Positions 60,226 through 64,000 of a DNA stretch of 64,000 bases are shown piece by piece. The notes beneath the pieces are model-generated. The model ran no database searches. It saw only the letters and a list, made by a program, of their open reading frames with translations, and was not told where the DNA came from. Source of the stretch: Deinococcales bacterium (lineage in GTDB: Bacteria > Deinococcota > Deinococci > Deinococcales > JAAFIG01); the NCBI GenBank assembly GCA_031414595.1, contig JANNVX010000001.1, forward strand, positions 1 to 64,000. The letters are read 5' to 3'. Position 1 is the first letter of the stretch, and each line of letters starts with the position of its first letter. The position numbers and the translations under genes were made by a program.

Positions 60226-62133
60226 TCAGTTAAAAACTCGAGAAGCCACCACTTTAGGGCTGGCGGCTAAGCCTTTCCAAACTTCTGGGGTCTCGAGCAA
60301 TTCGAGTTTGGCGAGTTCTTTAGCCGCCGAGATATTCACACCCCAAGTTCGGTAACTCTGAGATTTTACTGGATTGGCTGCTTCTGGGTTGATATCTGAG
60401 CTAAACCAACCCCTAAAACCTGTTTGCAAGACCATCCACTGTTCACTCGAGTCCTTAAAAGTGATTTTTAAGCTGTAATCACAGCCGCTATTGCGACAAT
60501 ACCAAGGGTTTAGACTGGTGTCTGGAACGATAGAAGCAAGGTCGGCTGGGTTTTTTGGGTCTATGACACGGCGTAAATTACCTGTGTAGTTAATTGGTTC
60601 GTAAATCTGGGTCGTGTCTGGATTATAAGTAATGGTGTCTTGGTAACTGAGTTTGGGTTTGGCGACATCTTCGGTAAAGGTGTCCGCAATACTGGCAAGG
60701 TTGGCGCTGATAACAATGCTTCGGACTGGCACATCTCGAGTGATTGGTAAACCATTGTCTAAACCGTACAGTCCCTTATTGGTGGTTTTGGTTTCGACTG
60801 GCACAAGACTCGAGTCTAGGCTGTCCCAACGGCTGTAGCCAGTTGGCGAATTGGGATTAAGAAATACCCGTCCGCTGTTGTAAGTGCGTTGGTTATTGCT
60901 AATGGTGGTTGTGCCTTCAAAGTAGTGTTGGATTAAACTGGCGTTAAAATCCGAGAACATCGTGTACTTATCACCAGCCGCTTGGTCGCCCGCGCCAGAC
61001 TGCATTGGGTCTTGTTTAATACAACGTAATTGCACATCAAATTGCCGCCCCATTGGGAAATTATCGGTGGCACAATTTTTGAAGGTACTGGCAGAACTCG
61101 GTACAGTTGGCGCGAGAAATTGGTTTTTTTGTTGGTCATAGCCCCAACTCGAGCCTTTTAAGCTGCCGCCAATATAGGGGTAATTACCAGCCACATAACC
61201 ATCGTTGGCATGGGGCATTCCAAAAGCATGACCCGCCTCGTGAACAAAAATACCCGCGTAGGCATAATCGCCTGTGCCAAGGTTGCCGCCGCCTAAACCA
61301 CCACCGGGGCTGCTGTACTGCCCTGCTTGGTTTGCCATCAATAACGGAGCATAATAATGGCTGCTGAGCGAATCATCACCATTGGCATTTCGGATTGCAC
61401 TTAAGGTATTTAGAATGGCACTCATGACTGCAAAACCATCGCCTTGTTGTTCTTTGTACAGCACTTTTTGGGCAGCTCGTCCTTCTCGCGGAGCAACCAC
61501 GATGTATGACCAAACCACTTTTTGGGCGGCATGGTTCTGAATTTGCAAATTGGCTATCGGGTGCTTGGCAAAGTATTCGTCTTTGGTGGCTTGATTGGCT
61601 GTAGCAGTTTGACTTAGAGGCACAGCCGTTTCGTTCAAGCCAAATAAATAAAATGGCAAGGTCTGGATTGTAAATTCACTTGGTGCGCCAACCCGAACCG
61701 CTTGGGAGGCAGAAAACTGCCCACCAGACCGAACCCGCAATTCTAGCCCCGGTTGAACCCAAGTTTTCTCGAGCCGAGCCGAATACGCTGTGCTGCTGTA
61801 CGCCACGCCAGCCGATTCTGTTTTGGGCAAAGCACTGGGCGGCTCGAGGGCAACCTCAGCTATTTTTTGACCAGCCACCAAGGCTTCTAGGACTGGATTT
61901 TTTAGCTCTTGACTGGGGTCAAAACCCAGCAGCACCAAGGCTTCGCGGTTTCCCACCAAATGGAGGTTGTACTTGGCTAATTTTTCGCCAGCCCAGCTTT
62001 TACCTTGTGGTGGTACAACATGAGTTTGGGCTAACTCGAGTTGGCTAATGATTGGGACTATAGCTGTTTGGGCAAGGGGGCTACAAGCAACAAAAGCAAA
62101 AGCGCTCAGGGATAAAACGATGGATTTGAACAT
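60226..62133 (-). CDS. M66 family metalloprotease lipoprotein
   Basis: Lipobox FVAC; AQTHVVP, LVGNREAL, HEAGHAFGMPH, DPMQSG. Confidence 0.82.
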   Translation of the reverse strand: MFKSIVLSLSAFAFVACSPLAQTAIVPIISQLELAQTHVVPPQGKSWAGEKLAKYNLHLVGNREALVLLGFDPSQELKNPVLEALVAGQKIAEVALEPPSALPKTESAGVAYSSTAYSARLEKTWVQPGLELRVRSGGQFSASQAVRVGAPSEFTIQTLPFYLFGLNETAVPLSQTATANQATKDEYFAKHPIANLQIQNHAAQKVVWSYIVVAPREGRAAQKVLYKEQQGDGFAVMSAILNTLSAIRNANGDDSLSSHYYAPLLMANQAGQYSSPGGGLGGGNLGTGDYAYAGIFVHEAGHAFGMPHANDGYVAGNYPYIGGSLKGSSWGYDQQKNQFLAPTVPSSASTFKNCATDNFPMGRQFDVQLRCIKQDPMQSGAGDQAAGDKYTMFSDFNASLIQHYFEGTTTISNNQRTYNSGRVFLNPNSPTGYSRWDSLDSSLVPVETKTTNKGLYGLDNGLPITRDVPVRSIVISANLASIADTFTEDVAKPKLSYQDTITYNPDTTQIYEPINYTGNLRRVIDPKNPADLASIVPDTSLNPWYCRNSGCDYSLKITFKDSSEQWMVLQTGFRGWFSSDINPEAANPVKSQSYRTWGVNISAAKELAKLELLETPEVWKGLAASPKVVASRVFN

Positions 62134-62253
62134 GCAAACTGCTCCTAGAAAAACTGATATTCGCACAGTCTAAGCGGCTGTTGGTCTCATGTCTGTGAAA
62201 TTTAACCATTTGCATAGAGGCGAAAAGTTGCTAAACCGCGTATACTGTGCAAT

Positions 62254-64000
62254 GTGAGCCAAACCGATCCGCAACTTCTGGTAGAACTGTACGAGTATAA
62301 GGTGGCTGATATGCTCGAGCGTCGTGACCCACGCGGCGGTAAGCAATCGGTGCGCGAATTGCGCGATGTTTTGAGCAGTACCACCATGAGCAGCCAATTG
62401 ATGCGGCGTTTCCGCACGGCTGATCGCAATTTACGTGAAAAAAGTGCCGCCCCGGTCAGTAACATGCAGGTGATTGAGCCTCAAGGTCTCGAGATTGGGA
62501 TTGGCGAAGGGTTTTTATTGACCGAAGCTGCCCCTGCCAACATCAACGAAGTACCACAAGTGCCAGAATTCTTAGACGAAGAAGGCGAAGTGCTGCGGGT
62601 TTTGGGGATGCGGGTCTGGCGGGCAGAACAAAACGAAGAATTGCTCGAGCAAGGTAAAAAATGGCGTTCAGAAACCAATCGTCCAGTGCTTCGTCTGATT
62701 TATGCGGTGCTGCATAACCTTGACCAGTATGCCGAACAACCGACCTTTGTTTCGGATTTGAATTTATCAAAATTAAAAGTCGCTTCGGCTGTTCCAGACC
62801 CCAATGACAATGTGATTCGACTCTCCGATGGCGAGGCTGTAGACGGCTTAATGAGTTCCTTGCTGCATCATATTGTGGATTTCTCGGTTGAATACCCAAA
62901 AATTCGTTTGCCAGAAACCGAGGTGTTAGCCTACCTACGGCGTTTTGCGATGGCAGTCGCCAACGACCATTTGGCGGGCGAAGCCCCGCCACCAGTTCAA
63001 CCCAGCCCCAGAGAAATCACCAATGCCATAGACCAAGTGCGGCGCGAAAACATGAACCCCGAAGCCAAATCGGAGATGCTTAGTAAATTAAATCGGCAAC
63101 TTGAACAAGCCACCGCTAAGGAACGTGAGCAAGCCCAAGGCTTACAAAACGAACGCAAAATGTTACTGGCAGCCGTGGAAACTTTATTTGGGCATTTGAT
63201 TGAACGCTTACCGGCTCGTTACGGTGGCAAGGACAAAGACATTGTGTACCCTGCTCAGGTCTACGGAGCGCAATCTGAAAGCCGCCGACTCGAGACGATT
63301 CTGCCCGACACCCGCCAATTGGTGCTGCGTTTAACCCGTAGTACCGAACTACAGTTTGGCAACACCAATTTACAACTGATTAACCGCCCAGAAGGTTGGG
63401 TGATTGCCCTTGGTGAAGCCGAATACCCAATTCAAAATGGGGCAGTTATTCCACTCGAGGGTCGTGAAATTCGTATTTTTACCGATACGGCTGGAGCAAC
63501 CCCTTATGTGCTGATGCAGCTTCGAGACCGAGATGGTGGCGGTTTATGGCATTTACTTGCCATTGCCAAATGCACCGCCGTGCTGCTCGACCCAACCTAT
63601 AACTTTATGAACATGCGTTTAATGCGAGCCACGGTTTCTTGGATTAGGGACAGACGCATTGAACCACGCGAATATCACCCCGAGACTGGCACAACCTATG
63701 CCACAGCACCCGAAGAAAACCTCTTAAAATATGCCCGTAATGCTTCCGAAAAAATTTTAGAACGCCTCTTGCGCTCACCGGCTGGCACACTCGAGAAGAG
63801 CTTTGCCACCGCCGCCGAAGTGCTGAACGAAGATGACAGCCCCAGCCGTGCTGATGTGCTGGCAAAAATCTTTGCCCAAGCCATGAACACCCAAACAGGT
63901 GAATTTACCGAAGGATTGGATTTACGTTCACCTGAAGAAGTGATTCTGGTTTCTTACCGAGGCGAACCTGTGACGGTGCGAATCATGGGACGAGCCTTTA
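62254..64000 (+). CDS. Large hypothetical protein, partial (runs off the window; absent from the ORF track)
   Basis: GTG 7 nt after TATACT; frame appears open for at least 582 codons (MSQTDPQLLVELYEYKVADMLERRDPRGGKQ...). Confidence 0.8.
   Translation, partial: MSQTDPQLLVELYEYKVADMLERRDPRGGKQSVRELRDVLSSTTMSSQLMRRFRTADRNLREKSAAPVSNMQVIEPQGLEIGIGEGFLLTEAAPANINEVPQVPEFLDEEGEVLRVLGMRVWRAEQNEELLEQGKKWRSETNRPVLRLIYAVLHNLDQYAEQPTFVSDLNLSKLKVASAVPDPNDNVIRLSDGEAVDGLMSSLLHHIVDFSVEYPKIRLPETEVLAYLRRFAMAVANDHLAGEAPPPVQPSPREITNAIDQVRRENMNPEAKSEMLSKLNRQLEQATAKEREQAQGLQNERKMLLAAVETLFGHLIERLPARYGGKDKDIVYPAQVYGAQSESRRLETILPDTRQLVLRLTRSTELQFGNTNLQLINRPEGWVIALGEAEYPIQNGAVIPLEGREIRIFTDTAGATPYVLMQLRDRDGGGLWHLLAIAKCTAVLLDPTYNFMNMRLMRATVSWIRDRRIEPREYHPETGTTYATAPEENLLKYARNASEKILERLLRSPAGTLEKSFATAAEVLNEDDSPSRADVLAKIFAQAMNTQTGEFTEGLDLRSPEEVILVSYRGEPVTVRIMGRAF

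Noticed and set aside
62170-63890. Several short minus-strand ORFs
   Set aside because: Shadows of the long open + strand frame from 62254.
1-64000. CTCGAG excess as a cloning or assembly artefact
   Set aside because: Sites sit in-frame inside intact, coherent genes without breaking them, so they are not ligation junctions.

Overview
A gene-dense bacterial chromosome segment of moderate GC. It is most likely Deinococcota (Deinococcales-like), inferred from protein families and pervasive leaderless promoters. Housekeeping genes include cmk, plsC, trpF, etfAB, an opp ABC transporter, secG, tRNA-Leu(CAA), pilD, a CtpA protease, phoH, icd, tatD, murQ and a CCA-type nucleotidyltransferase. Accessory content includes the 3' end of an ISAzo13-type IS, three TA loci (higBA, phd-vapC, abiEi with a decayed abiEii) and a detoxification-like cluster (RIO kinase, two nucleotidyltransferases, APH, GNAT, MFS, three DinB proteins) preceded by two unannotated leader ORFs. 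There is also a Dam-like methylase coupled to a MutH-like endonuclease, and a class 3 intein with a LAGLIDADG domain in phoH. The most striking signal is not a gene: the palindrome CTCGAG is extremely over-represented across the window (18 copies counted in 2 kb), like cyanobacterial HIP1. The sibling words RTCGAY and TTCGAA were not seen and GATC is depleted. All calls come from reading the sequence and motifs; no database searches were run and counts are manual.
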